Positions 14,770-26,790 of a stretch of 64,000 nt of DNA are shown one piece after another. The DNA is from Epiperipatus broadwayi (taxonomy: Eukaryota; Animalia; Onychophora). The stretch is from NCBI GenBank assembly GCA_028023455.1, contig JAQFVV010000003.1:8370001-8434000 (forward strand), in the 5' to 3' direction. Under the pieces are notes generated by a model. That model was not told where the DNA came from and did no database searches. It saw nothing but the letters and a program-made list of their open reading frames with translations. Position 1 is the stretch's first letter, and each line of letters begins with the position of its first letter. Made by a program: the position numbers and the translations under genes.

Positions 14770-15379
14770 TTCAACGTGCTGCTGTTGCTTTTGCCAAATT
14801 AAAAGATAGGCTATTTCATCACAATGAAATAACTGCTACAAGTTAATAAAGTGTGTGCAGATTTGTTATTTAACCAATATATTTTATAAAAATGAGACTT
14901 TGTTACATATATTCACATAACATAAAGACACTAAAAGAATTTCATTTAAAAATGCTCTATAAAATTCTAAAAACAAATGACAAGATCATAATAAGATCAT
15001 TCAATATATTCTCCAGCTTGCTGGATGTGATGCTATAGACACCATTGTTATCAAATCACATCATCATTGGATTGGTCTTGTGAAATGAATGAATAATAAT
15101 AGACTTCCTAAAAATGTACTTTATGATGCAACTTCAGTTTGGTTTCATAAGAGAGGCAAAACCCATTTACAGAGCTTCAAAGACACTCTCAAAGAACACA
15201 ATGGAAAGTTAAAATTAAACAAGGTGCTTATGTTTTTCAGAAAGAAAAGTTTGCTGCAGAAGAAGCTAAAAGACAGCATCACAAAATATAAAAAAAATAA
15301 TGAACTAATATGTTCTAGATGTGGAAGTATTTATGCTCAGCAGATTGGTTTGTATAATCATTGCAAAACTCATCTCTAA
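14770..15379 (+). mobile_element. RTE/BovB-like LINE 3' fragment
   Basis: AFAKLKDRLF upstream; ORF 15089-15379 MNNNRLPKNVLY...FKDTLK...CSRCGSIYAQQIGLYNHCKTH carries the typical RTE C-terminal zinc-finger-like tail. Confidence 0.75.
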
Positions 15380-15588
15380 CATATTATATTATTTTTTTGT
15401 CTTTCTATCATTTTTTTTTACATCCTTAAAATTGGAATGGCTTATTCATAGATGTGACTGCTGCTGCTGATTAAATTTCTTGTCTAAAGATAGGGGGAAT
15501 AATTAAGTAATATTATATATATATATTACATTATTATATAACTGAATATTTGTAAATACAGTAACTAAATAATTAAAAATTGTATCCA

Positions 15589-15633
15589 CTTAGGAGCGCT
15601 TTCGATTATCCCAGTAATCTTTGTCAACTAAAG
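15589..15633 (-). ncRNA. Minimal type-I hammerhead motif, U3-A8 core variant with extra A (intact copy)
   Basis: Minus strand: CUUUAG UUGACAA A GAUUA-cuggga-UAAUC GAAA GCGC UC CUAAG. Stem I, core, stem II, GAAA, palindromic AGCGCU stem III and a CUC triplet are all present. Confidence 0.7.
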
Positions 15634-16017
15634 CTTTGAAATGCTAACTTTCCCACAATTCCGTGATCTTAACGTTTGCTGCTTGCCTGTTAATTAAGTA
15701 ATGTTTATATTTGTATATTAGCATAACTTCCTTTATTTTTCTTTTATTGTTATTTTTTTCAATTTGCAATATTTTTACATTGTTAAAATTGAAGTCAGAA
15801 CCATAAATACATGACTTATTATGGTCGTAAAAAACAGATGCTGAAATATTATTATCTGCTATGCAATTTTGTTTCGATTTCTAAACTCGTTTTAATAATA
15901 GCAAGTGTTCTTTAGTTCTTTTGTCCAACATATATCTAGATTCACCTATATATCTACTGCCACACCTACATATCCATTTTTAAATGATACAATTTTTATT
16001 TATAAATATCACACAAA

Positions 16018-16722
16018 ATGGCAGGTTTGAAGTTCTTCTTATTTAGAAATAATAGTCTTTGCAAATATTCATTGGATAAAGGCAAAAATATTGAAATATA
16101 TTCTAATGAATTGTTAAATGTTGGCTACAGTTATAATCATATATATAATGTTATTAGAGATTTCAATACAAAATATAAGAATAAAAATTTTAATAATAAT
16201 ATTGATTCTCCTGCTAATAAAAAAATATGGATATCGATCCCATATATTTCAAATGATCAAGTAAATTTTATAAGGAAAATTTATAAAGGTATATGTGATA
16301 TTGCATTTTACACACCGCCTACATTAAACAAATTAATAAATAACTCCAAAGATAAAACCTCATTTATAAATAAAAATTGTGTCATTTATAAATGGATATG
16401 TAGGTATGGCAGTGGATATATAGGTGAATCTAGATGTATGTTGAAAAAAAGAACTAAAGACCACTTGCTATTATTAAAACGAGTTCAGAAATCGAAACAA
16501 AATTGCATAGTAGATAATATTTCAGCATCTGTTTTTTATGACCATAATAAATCATGTATTTATGGTTTTGACTTCAATTTTAACAAAGTAAAAATATTGC
16601 AAATTGAAAAAAATAACAATAAAAGAAAAATAAAGGAAGTTATGCTAATATACAAATATAAACATGACTTAATTAACAGGCAAGCAGCAAACATTAAGAT
16701 CACGGAATTGTGGGAAAGTTAG
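16018..16722 (+). CDS. PLE ORF remnant: RT thumb/linker plus GIY-YIG endonuclease (234 aa)
   Basis: ISIPYIS; FYTPPTLNKLINNSKDK; CVIYKWICRYGSGYIGESRCMLKKRTKDH (GIY-YIG); KVKILQIEKNNNKRKIKE...INRQ. Confidence 0.88.
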   Translation: MAGLKFFLFRNNSLCKYSLDKGKNIEIYSNELLNVGYSYNHIYNVIRDFNTKYKNKNFNNNIDSPANKKIWISIPYISNDQVNFIRKIYKGICDIAFYTPPTLNKLINNSKDKTSFINKNCVIYKWICRYGSGYIGESRCMLKKRTKDHLLLLKRVQKSKQNCIVDNISASVFYDHNKSCIYGFDFNFNKVKILQIEKNNNKRKIKEVMLIYKYKHDLINRQAANIKITELWES

Positions 16723-16732
16723 CATTTCAAAG

Positions 16733-16777
16733 CTTTAGTTGACAAAGATTACTGGGATAATTGAAAGCGCTCCTAAG
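16733..16777 (+). ncRNA. Minimal type-I hammerhead motif, U3-A8 variant (second copy; G-U at the base of stem II)
   Basis: ctttag ttgacaa a gatta ctggga taatt gaaa gcgc tc ctaag, directly after the PLE ORF stop. Confidence 0.62.
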
Positions 16778-17338
16778 TAGATAAATTTTTTAACTATTTA
16801 GTTACTGTATTTACAAATATTCAGGTATATAATTACGTATATTGCTTTAAAAATACAGACATCGAATAATAATATTATTACATATATTACATTAGTAATA
16901 TCAGTAAATGTATAAATAAATTAATCATTATTATTCTTTCTCTCATTTTCTTCCCATTTTTTTTATCTTCTTATTTTCACTCATTTAGGTTAATAGAAAA
17001 ATGGCCATCTAACCTCTTATATACCATTGATTATTTCTCTGCACTAACTGTGATAATGAACTATCTGATTGTAAAACTACATTTCTTTTCTCTGAACATC
17101 AATTCGGATTTTTTCTTTGTTTTCTAACTTTCTATTCTTTGACTTTCTTAGTATCTTTTTTTTTTTTTCTTTCGAGTTAAAATACCATATTCATTTAAGA
17201 GGGTATGCCAATGAAGATGATAAAATAATACATTACAGACAAAGGTTGTAAGCAATTAATATAATGATTAATTCATGATGAAAAATAAGAAGACAGATAA
17301 TGATAAGACTAGCAAGCAAAAACAAAAATAATATATAC

Positions 17339-17518
17339 CTCTCTTTGACGTTCTCTTCTTCGTATTCTAATCCGTTGTTTTAATTGCTGAATTTCATCAT
17401 CGCTGTCACCATCCTCTTCCTCATCTTCTACTGTATTTTTGGGCCTCAACATTCGATTGCATTTCATCTGTTCTATAGCTGCAATTAATGCTTCAGAAAT
17501 ACTAAAGTGTGCATTCTC
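17339..17518 (-). CDS. RUBCN: Rubicon exon: [60 protein letters not shown] (coiled-coil region)
   Basis: 180 nt, phase 0/0; acceptor atttttttag|GAG, donor GAG|gtatat. [18 protein letters not shown] and DSD.EIQ.LK..IR.RR are Rubicon hallmarks. Confidence 0.95.
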
Positions 17519-18594
17519 CTAAAAAATAAGATATATATAAATAGATCAAAAAATTTAATATATATATTAACTATAATAAGAGTATCTGTAGATCTGCTGA
17601 CTAAGCACCAAATTAATTATAATCTTTTTCATTACCACATTGCATTAATTACATGTATTGAAATCATATGATATTTCTCAATACAAAAAAATGTAACAAA
17701 ATTCTCTCACTCACTCTAAAAAAATAAAATAACTGCACAGGATTGAAAAAATAGAAAGAAATTTGTCATCACAAAGAAGTCCCACTCATAAAATGTAAAT
17801 TTACTGCAGATAAATTGTAACTCATCTCAGTAACTTTCTAAAATATAAGCTGTACAATATAATTGATGCCAAACAGAAACTGCAGCTATTAGTAATAAAC
17901 TAGAGAAAGCTTTTCCAATATCAAATAAGAATAATTCTAATAATGTCAAAATAATTCATAGGCAATCTAAAAAATGGAAAACTATTAGTATTTATTTGCA
18001 TATCCTTGGTTTATATATGAATCTGTGCATAATTTCATTTTTCAGTGACAAATGTTAGTAATATCTCTATATATGTCAGGGAAACATTTTTTTTTAAAAA
18101 TCAATCAATTGCAACATTATTTGTATTTTTGTAGCTCTATTATTCTTGGGTTTAATTTTTTATTTGCATACTTGTTGAAATAAAATTAAATGTTCACAGC
18201 TAAGCTAGAAATTATAATAAATTAAACATCATTATTAATCTTTGAAGTTTTTAACTAAATAACCAGTTAATAAAACCACACAATGAATATTTAGCCAACA
18301 ACTATACAAAAAAAAAAAAAACAGAATTACCTTATTATTATGATGCTTGTTTTTCATTGATTTTCAGAATTATCTGAAAGAGTTCAATTTGAAGTGAAAC
18401 CCAGATCATCTGACATAATGGACTTTTTCTTTCTTTATGTAGATGTGGTGACTAGATATTTATTTTACATTTTATTAATTTTAACATATATTATTACTAT
18501 ATCTAAATATATAAAATGCGCTAACATGCACAAGCACACAAAGCTAAAAACAAATAAAGCAAATATATATTATTTTAATATCTATTCATTAAAT

Positions 18595-18635
18595 GGCTAA
18601 GTGCTTTCAAGGTTCAAGCCCTCATAATCATAGCC
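18595..18635 (-). ncRNA. A3-U8 hammerhead motif, inverted copy (GCAC instead of GCGC in stem/loop III)
   Basis: Reverse complement of 18595-18635 reads GGCU AUGAUUA U GAGG gcuugaa CCUU GAAA GCAC UU AGCC. Confidence 0.58.
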
Positions 18636-18693
18636 GTATTACAAAATATAATGAATTGACTTGGAGTGATGCAAATTTATGCAAATGAAATAA

Positions 18694-19728
18694 TTATGCA
18701 TTCCATTTCTTGGATATTTTGTAGCAAGAGTCTTTTCTATTGATGGCATCGCCATCTCTAGATATAAAGAAAGCTTCTTTTATCTTTCTTTTTAGATCAT
18801 GCCGCTCTCTGCATACCACCACTGGATTTCCCGGTTGACAATCATGCCCAGCTGAAGCACGGTGCTGCGCAAAAACTGAACTATGAGCAGTGTCCAACAA
18901 AGCTTTATTATAAGAATAAGTGTGTTGCGATAGCCTAGTGGAGAGAGAGGCCCTAGTCTCACCATAATATGATGATCTACAAAATTTTTCAGGGCAGGCA
19001 ATATTATAGACCACTTGAGGTGTCAGCGAGGGTGGGAGGCAGTCTTTGGTATTATTAATTAATTTGTTAGAGTTAGGAGGTGTGTGAAAACGTAACTGGT
19101 ATTTATTATTGAAAATATTATAAAAACATTTATGCATACTAGGCAGGTAAGGGAGTAGGAGTCTTTGCTTGTCAATGTTAGGGACTTTATCATTTATTTT
19201 AGCAAAAAACTGTTTTATCCTCCTGTCAATTACATTCACATCAAAACCAACTTTTATTAGGTCGTCCCTATATGATGTGAGGTTAGCTTTTTTATCTGCC
19301 TCAAATTTACATAGGTGCATATTTCTAAACAAAAACGAGGTTAAGCCAGAGAGTTTATGGTTAGTTGGTGAATTGGAAAGAGGATGGGAGTGTCCTCTAA
19401 CATCAAGGGGTTTGATTAGCATTTTATAATTAATATGTGTGTGTTCTCGCTGCATATGTAGGTCCAGGTATTTAACTTGTTTATGGGCATTTTCATTCTC
19501 CAAGTTAAACGTAAGCCCTGTAGTGTTTTGAAGTTCATTTTTTATTTGTAGAATAATCAGAGAGGGAGCGGCTATGAAGATATCAATAACATATCTAGTG
19601 TATATGGATAGCAAGTTAGATTCTTGGTATCTTGGAATTATTTGCTTTTCAAAATAATTTAAAACTACACTTGAGATGATGCCACTCATAGGGAGTTCCA
19701 TTGGCAACCGTCTTTCATATGAAACCAC
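18694..19728 (-). pseudogene. PLE RT (motifs 4-7, thumb) plus GIY-YIG endonuclease, inactivated
   Basis: LPMELPMSG, preceded in another frame by FHNQWFHMKDG (1-nt frameshift); YTRYVIDIF (YVDD degenerate); KYLDL; VVYNIAC...SYYGETRASLSTRLSQH; RKIKEAFFI...AINR. Confidence 0.9.
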
Positions 19729-19914
19729 TGGTTGTGAAAGAATGCCATAATATTTTTATCAAGCCAAGATAAAAAGCTTTCTTTATATCTAGAGATGGCG
19801 ATGCCATCAATAGAAAAGACTCTTGCTACAAAATATCCAAGAAATGGAATGCATAATTATTTCATTTGCATAAATTTGCATCACTCCAAGTCAATTTATT
19901 ATATTTTGTAATAC

Positions 19915-19955
19915 GGCTATGATTATGAGGGCTTGAACCTTGAAAGCGCTTAGCC
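19915..19955 (+). ncRNA. Minimal type-I hammerhead motif, A3-U8 core variant with extra U
   Basis: GGCU AUGAUUA U GAGG-gcuugaa-CCUU GAAA GCGC UU AGCC. Confidence 0.68.
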
Positions 19956-22224
19956 ATTTAATGAATAGATATTAAAATATATATTTGCTTTATTTGTTTT
20001 TAGCTTTGTGTGCTTGTGCATGTTAGCGCATTTTATATATTTTGATTCATAATTAGCCACAAAGTATAAACTATTTGCTTATTACTATATCTATTTCTTA
20101 ATACAATATTTACATAAAATTTTAACAACAAAGTATATATATGTGCGCTAATGTCTTGCAACTCCCAAATATTTAAAGTTTGTGCTAAGTGGCTCTTAGA
20201 TTAATAGGTGAGTTTATCCATTCCTGATTTTGATAATACAAAATTTGAACTATAAATATAGAAAAATACCAAGGATAATTGCAAGTACTTTTAACATAAA
20301 ACACTAAAATTAAAGACAAATAGTATTTACAATTCAAATAATTGTTACTTATAAATATATATTTAATATTTTAGTGTTTAAACATTAATATTTTATACTA
20401 TAAGCTAAACTTGTGCTTTAATAATCCAACATTAATATTTTATCACACTGATCTATATTTAAACTTTAACTATTCAAAATCATTATTATGTTTATTCCTA
20501 AAAACATACAATGGCATTCCTCTAAAATAAAATATCAAATAGTGTTAATTACTAATAATATATTCCTATTATGATAATGAAGTCAATCTGGCGTTTAGCT
20601 GAATGACTCCTCTTTTTTCATCTCATTCTTTCTGAACATTATTCATTTTTCTAATTAAAACTTCAGTTTTTTTAAAAAATGCATATCAGATAACTAGATA
20701 GTACTGACATCATTTAATAAAAAGTAGAAACATAACCAAGGCAAAAATTGTTAATAATAATCATGACAAAATTTCTATGGGAATAAAAACAGTGGGATTC
20801 TGTTCATTAAAAAATTGTTTTTATTTAATTACCCTAACCACTTCATATTTTTGATAAAACATTTATTACACCATTTATTTAATATATGTATATATAATTT
20901 AAAATATTAAATAAAAGATAACTCATAAAGCAAAAATACAAAAAAGTTGATAATTATTTACAGAAAAAATTACTTTATGGGTCTGCAAAAAATTACCTAG
21001 AACAATGATTATTCCTATATCACTGTGTGTATTACATATTTCAATTTTTAAGACATAAAAACTACTATTTGATATATTTTTGTAACATTTCTAAATTAGA
21101 GACGGATAATAAAAAAAAATCTCTTAAGAACAGTGCTCGAAGAGGGGGGGGGATAAAGCAGTCATTGATTTTCAGCAGAAAACTGCACTGAGAAAGAAAA
21201 TTAAAATGCTGCAGTTTAGTGTTTATTTTTCGTTTTAAAAGAGGGAGAAAAGAAAATAATCAATAGTTTAAAGCCCATAATAAGGTTTCGCAACAAAGTC
21301 ACAAAATATAAAGCACCCACCTAGATCATTTGGATTTTTTTTTTAATACAGATCTCTTAATTGTATATATTATGCAATATTTATCAATAGGTTTAGATTC
21401 AAATATAGAAACTATCTATCCATCCATTTATATGTATAGGAAAGCTATGCATGGGTAAAAAGCACCTTTGTGCAGGATAAATTTTAGAGCTAACCCCCTC
21501 CTCATTCTATGAAATAAAATTTGTAAATTAAAAGGCCTTTTTCCTCAGGGCTTTCGCAAAAAAAATTTGAAAATATAGCTTCAGTCATGTTCATCAAATA
21601 TCATATGAGATTCTATAAAATAAATCCAGAGTATAAAACATAGGCTATGATCTGGGTCAACTGATGGATGAGTACTGGTTCAACATGAAATGTACATCTT
21701 GAGGATCATACCTCTTTTTCACATTTCATTGATCATGTTTATAATTACACCCCCCCCCCCCCAAGTTATTAAAAGTGGATAGAAACCAGTCCCTATTTTG
21801 CATAAAAATGGTATAGTGAAAATTACTCTACAGAAATATTATTGATTATTGAATAATCTCTAGTCTAATGAATGACTAATAATTATTAAAACAAACTAAT
21901 GTTTAAAAAACAATTTTTTTTTAAACAATAATTAAATAATACCTTAAAATAAACTTTTTTATTTAAAATACTTATAATTTTTTAATTTTTTCTTTCAAAA
22001 GTGTTCATATTTTCTTTTGAACAATTCTGCAAAATTGCTAGTAGAGACAGGAAACATCTGCTAATAAGATTTTTTTAATCCACTAATATACCCACAAAAA
22101 CATTGTACTGCTTCCCTCCCCTTCTCAGGTCGGCTCTGATATTATATAAGTAATTATATAATATATATGTTACTTACCTGGTTATTAAAAATATTATGTA
22201 TATCCATAAAATGATTTTTTGGAA

Positions 22225-22425
22225 TGCTTCACTTCTGAGCTCATCCTGCATAGTGTGCCGGTCAAAATATGCTTATCCATCGAACACGAGCTGGAACTCA
22301 CAAAATGTACTTCAAACCCAGTCGAGCCCGAGATTTTGGTCAGGGACCAGCCTGGATTCGAACCCACTCTCCAAGCCCCAGATCAAACACCTAATGGACA
22401 ACATAACAATGATGGCACACGAGAA
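22225..22425 (-). mobile_element. tRNA-derived SINE (relatively young, CpG retained)
   Basis: Minus strand has a perfect B-box GGGTTCGAATCC (~22346-22357) preceded by an A-box-like segment. The overlapping short ORFs have no recognisable motifs. Confidence 0.55.
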
Positions 22426-22799
22426 TTAATTCTTAATCCGGCCCACTAGCAAATCAGAGAAACAAAAGACTCATGGACTTAAACATCTATATAAACAACT
22501 TAAACACTAAAGACATCTCAAAGATAAAATCTAAGATAATTAGTTAATAGGGGTTTTACTAATGAAATAGCTATGGAAAATTAGTGAATTGGATTGATTT
22601 AATAATGAGACAGAAACTGATATATGATGAATTAAAATATATTTATTGACAATTGTTGTTGGCAAATGCATGCAGGCATTTTATTTATAAAGTAACATTA
22701 CTCTAGGCCATTTAAACAATAATTGATACGTTGGCTATTATTTAATTGATCCAATATTATTTAATGGAAACAAATAGCCCTATTATATAACTAATCACT

Positions 22800-25700
22800 A
22801 CATTAACTTTTACTAGTTATGCCCTTTCATCATCAGTTCGAGTGGCTACTGTTCGTGAAATCAAACCAAGTCTGGAGTGAAGCTTAATAATACGTCTTAA
22901 TTATAATAAATTTATATTAACTATGGGCTTTTAAAGCGTCCCAGATAGCTTTAGATCGAACGGGTTTTCAAGAATGCTTCGGATCAACGCCGAAGACTGC
23001 ATATTAGGGAGGGAGAGTTGGCTATAACGATTTTACTAATACGCTAGGCACAAGTAAAATATAATAATAAAGTGGCTCTGCGGATGGAAGAATAGTTTTA
23101 GGGTTTTTGTGACAAACAACGGTTTACCCAATAACCGGTCGTCATGCTGCAAAAGGGAACCTTTATTTGGTTCATAAGAAGCGGGGGACTTACGTGCTAA
23201 TCTGGCCCGTAGCTCAGACTTCGCTACTGCACTACCCTATAAGAGAAGATGTGCTGGCAACGCCGTGGCTCCATCTTATATATAAAACAGCACAACGAGA
23301 AAAATATTAAGTTTCACATCCGCCAAGCTGAAGGATATTATAAATGAAATATCACATATTAAATGAACACAAGTTTATCAGCTTGATCAAAAGAGCCAAC
23401 TCTTCTGTAGCATGAGAAATATGTATATGCTACTGACGGGAATATATACAAACTTTACTTTATCCCATTCAATCTCTTTAGTTATCTATAACGACTAAAC
23501 TTTTAAAAAGGAGGAAAAGTATATTTAATAAGGGACTTACGAATACTTTACTAAAAAAAAATATACTTATGATTGCACTCCAGGCTAGTTTAATCTTTAG
23601 TAATATAATAATTAAAGGTTGAAAAGCCACATTTTATATTTATATTAATTAATTTACTAAATGACAAAATATGAATTTGAGTTTCGAAACAGCACACGAA
23701 ATGACGCTATATAAATAATAATACGAAGATTTTAAATTTATATGTTTAAAAACATATTCTATAATTAAATGCACGCCGTTTCGAAACATAGGCACAACTA
23801 ATAATAATTAAAAATAAGCAAAATAAAAGCAAAATATAACTGCAGTGATTAAATTATATAGCAAAACATTAATTAACACAGAAATTTACAAAAGTATTTC
23901 ATATTATAGAATTTAAAGATTATTTGAAAAACAATTTAGAAAGAAGTTTCGATAATATGGTTAGCTAACCTGTTTTTGAAGAAATCGTGATTGTTTTTGA
24001 AATTCACAGAGCTCTGCTATTTTAAATAATATTATAACAGTTCTATAGCTGGACTGGATAGATTCGAGCTGGAACAAAGGTGAGTTCTTTGGCGGCTTAT
24101 GGCATGTTCTTATTCAGTTGCGAGATGATTTAAAATGGTGTTGGAACGACGGCAAGTCCCTTTTAGCGGCTTATGACATCTTTTATTTGGTGTAAGCTTG
24201 TTGGTTGTTGCTTCGGCATTTGATGGATTGAACTCGGCGTTCCATCACGGGGACGGCAGCAAAATTTTGCCTGACTTTAGCCAGACATGGTAAAATTAAA
24301 CAATTTATAACTTGGATAATAATAGCTCTTCAAAAGCAAGATGGAGTATCTCTTCCCGCTTAAAATAAGCCCTATTTATACATTTCAACTAAACTTTAAC
24401 ACCTTTTTGGAATTTCATTTGCCTCGGGACCAATTGACTTTTAATTAAACAAAATAATATAATTTAATTTCTACAACAGATAACGTCTCCGAGGTGTTAC
24501 ATTTAATTACTTAAAATTATTAAAATATATAAATTATATAATTTGATTCAGTTTCATTAATTAAATTCCTTTTTAGGTGTTAAAGAATGTTAAAGCTTAG
24601 CAGAAGTAACGGTATTCTGATTTAATGATAAAGTCTTTTGTTGCAAACAAAAATCAATCAGTAAACTAGATTTTACTTTTTACCCGGGGTGCAGTCACTA
24701 ATTGATCTCTTGTTTACACAAAATTCTCATTTTTAATTACAAATGGATGATTTTTATTTTACTGAAATAAATAACTTTTAACATATTTGTTCTTACAATA
24801 TTATTTGTTTATTAAAAAAAAGGCAAATTTAAAGAAAATACTTTAGTTTCAATTATATATTTAAAACATTAAATCAGAAAACCGTTAAATATGTTTTAAA
24901 GAAAATGTTTTACAGTATCTTTATTTAAACTTAAATATATATATATATATATCATTCCAATGTTTAACTTATCCATCCACATACGAATATAATAGCGAAT
25001 ATAATTAAGAATTGACTGAAAATTAATAAAACATTTTATAATAAATTATGAGCATTTCTCCGCTATAACTTTATCAAACCTGTCTAATTATAGCGGGTTT
25101 TCGTATGTAAATGGATGATGCAATTTAAGCGGCCATTATAGCAAAGTTTTCCCGCTTGACTTATATATAACATTTTTACATTTAACATTTTTATATTTAA
25201 GATAGGTTCGAAACTAGTTCAGACGAGTAGGTCATTAGGTTGATGGTGAAACGGAAAGGGATTGGAGGTTTCCGTTTCAATAGCAAGGAGCAAAACAATA
25301 GTTTCTGTGTTGTTTGAAAACCCATTGAAAATCTCACATGTATAAACTTAATAACATTTTCTATTAACAAAATTATATTCCTTTAATTAAATGGTGTTAT
25401 TCCATTATTAAAAACTACAATTTATTATATTTATAGTTCGATATTTTAAATTTTCATACTTACATTGTTTATTGATATAAATAAGGTAACTAACATTAGG
25501 TCTTGCGTTTTATTAGGACTACCAAATTAGTTCACTTTTAAATAACACGGCTGATATAACTCTTACATTCCATTAACATTTTCTTGTTAAAAAATGGTTA
25601 TTGTTTTCAAAATCCATTCATTATTTTTAAATCAGAACTGCTCAGAGACAAAACTTGTTTATGTTTTTTATTACCAAAAATCCTTTCATTTGTTTTCGTT

Positions 25701-25800
25701 CAATAATTACACTACTATATTATATTTTTAAATGCTTATTCCTATTATATATATTATACTTTATTATATAGTTCGACAATTAGGGTTTATCCAGGATTTA
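22800..25800. promoter_or_regulatory. CpG-retaining island inside the RUBCN 19.7-kb intron; candidate internal promoter or nested gene 5' region
   Basis: Dozens of CG dinucleotides against near absence in the flanks; TATATAAAA at ~23278; E2F-like TTTTCCCGC at ~25147; no transposon termini or ORF recognised. Confidence 0.5.
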
Positions 25801-26199
25801 TTTAAGGAAAGACATTTTAATTTTTCAAACTTAGATTGTTTATTCAATACACTTTTAGAAACAATTAAAATGTTTTGCAAAGCTATTTAGTAAAATGTAT
25901 AAAAATATAATATCTGTATTAAAACTAGGAAAAGCTATTAAAATAAAAAGTAAATAGATTATACATAACTGAACAGGAAATAATTTAGTAAAATGTGTAA
26001 ACAGATAATATGGTACAATAATAAAATAAAAAAGAGAAATATAACACTATTAAAAAACTTAGCACCACATAGCTTGGAACCTAGACTTCATATTTCAGAG
26101 GCAGTCTCTCTATTGAATATTCTAAAGTGAACAACATATTTAAACTCTCTAAAATATTATTGATAAATATAATTTTATCATATGCAGATTTACTGTAAT

Positions 26200-26790
26200 T
26201 ATGAGGTAATATTTTTAAAATACATTTATTTTTAAATAAATTATTATTAATAATATGTTACTTTTTATATAAATTAAGATATTTAAATAAAAATGATTGG
26301 GAAATCCAAACATTTTCATTTATATATAAATTTTATTAATTATAGTGACAAAAAAGCATCTGCTTGTTCAGTTTTGTGCAATGGTAGAGCATATATGAAA
26401 TATATTTTGAGGCTCGAGTAATTGTTGCAATAAGTTTATGTAAAGAAATATTCTTCTTACTTTAAATAATAAATATTTACAATCAGGATGCATTTCTAAG
26501 AATAAAGTAATTTGGAAATTTAAACATTTACATATAAGTTTTATTAATTATCACAACAAAATGATGTCAACCTGTTCGGTTTAGCATAATGATAAGAATA
26601 TATATGTAGTATATTTCGAGCTTCTGCCTAGAAATTCGAGACTCAGGTAATTGTCCCAAATAAATTTAAGTAAAAAATTATTCCTCTTGCATTTAAATAT
26701 AAAATATTTACACTCAGAATGCATTTGTAACAATGAAATGATTTGAAAATTTAAATATTTTTATTTACATATAAATTTTATTAATTATCT
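26200..26790. repeat. Diverged tandem repeat, ~230-bp unit, 2-3 copies
   Basis: gtaattgt...aaatatttaca.tcag.atgcattt...atttacatata..ttttattaattatc recurs at ~26418-26551 and ~26647-26789. Confidence 0.7.

Larger units (their letters stand above)
15533..16832 (+). mobile_element. Penelope-like element 1: 5'-truncated, with an inverted copy of its 3' end (~15533-15686 vs ~16671-16832)
   Basis: RT-thumb and GIY-YIG ORF plus a near-identical inverted terminal segment carrying a hammerhead motif; this is the established PLE inverted pseudo-LTR arrangement. Confidence 0.9.
18501..20046 (-). mobile_element. Penelope-like element 2: 5'-truncated, with an inverted copy of its 3' end (18501-18786 vs 19766-20046)
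   Basis: RT plus GIY-YIG ORF on the minus strand; ~280-bp near-identical inverted arms with hammerhead motifs. Confidence 0.92.

Noticed and set aside
23204-23225. GGCCCGTAGCTCAG tRNA-like 5' end
   Set aside because: No B-box or cloverleaf follows.
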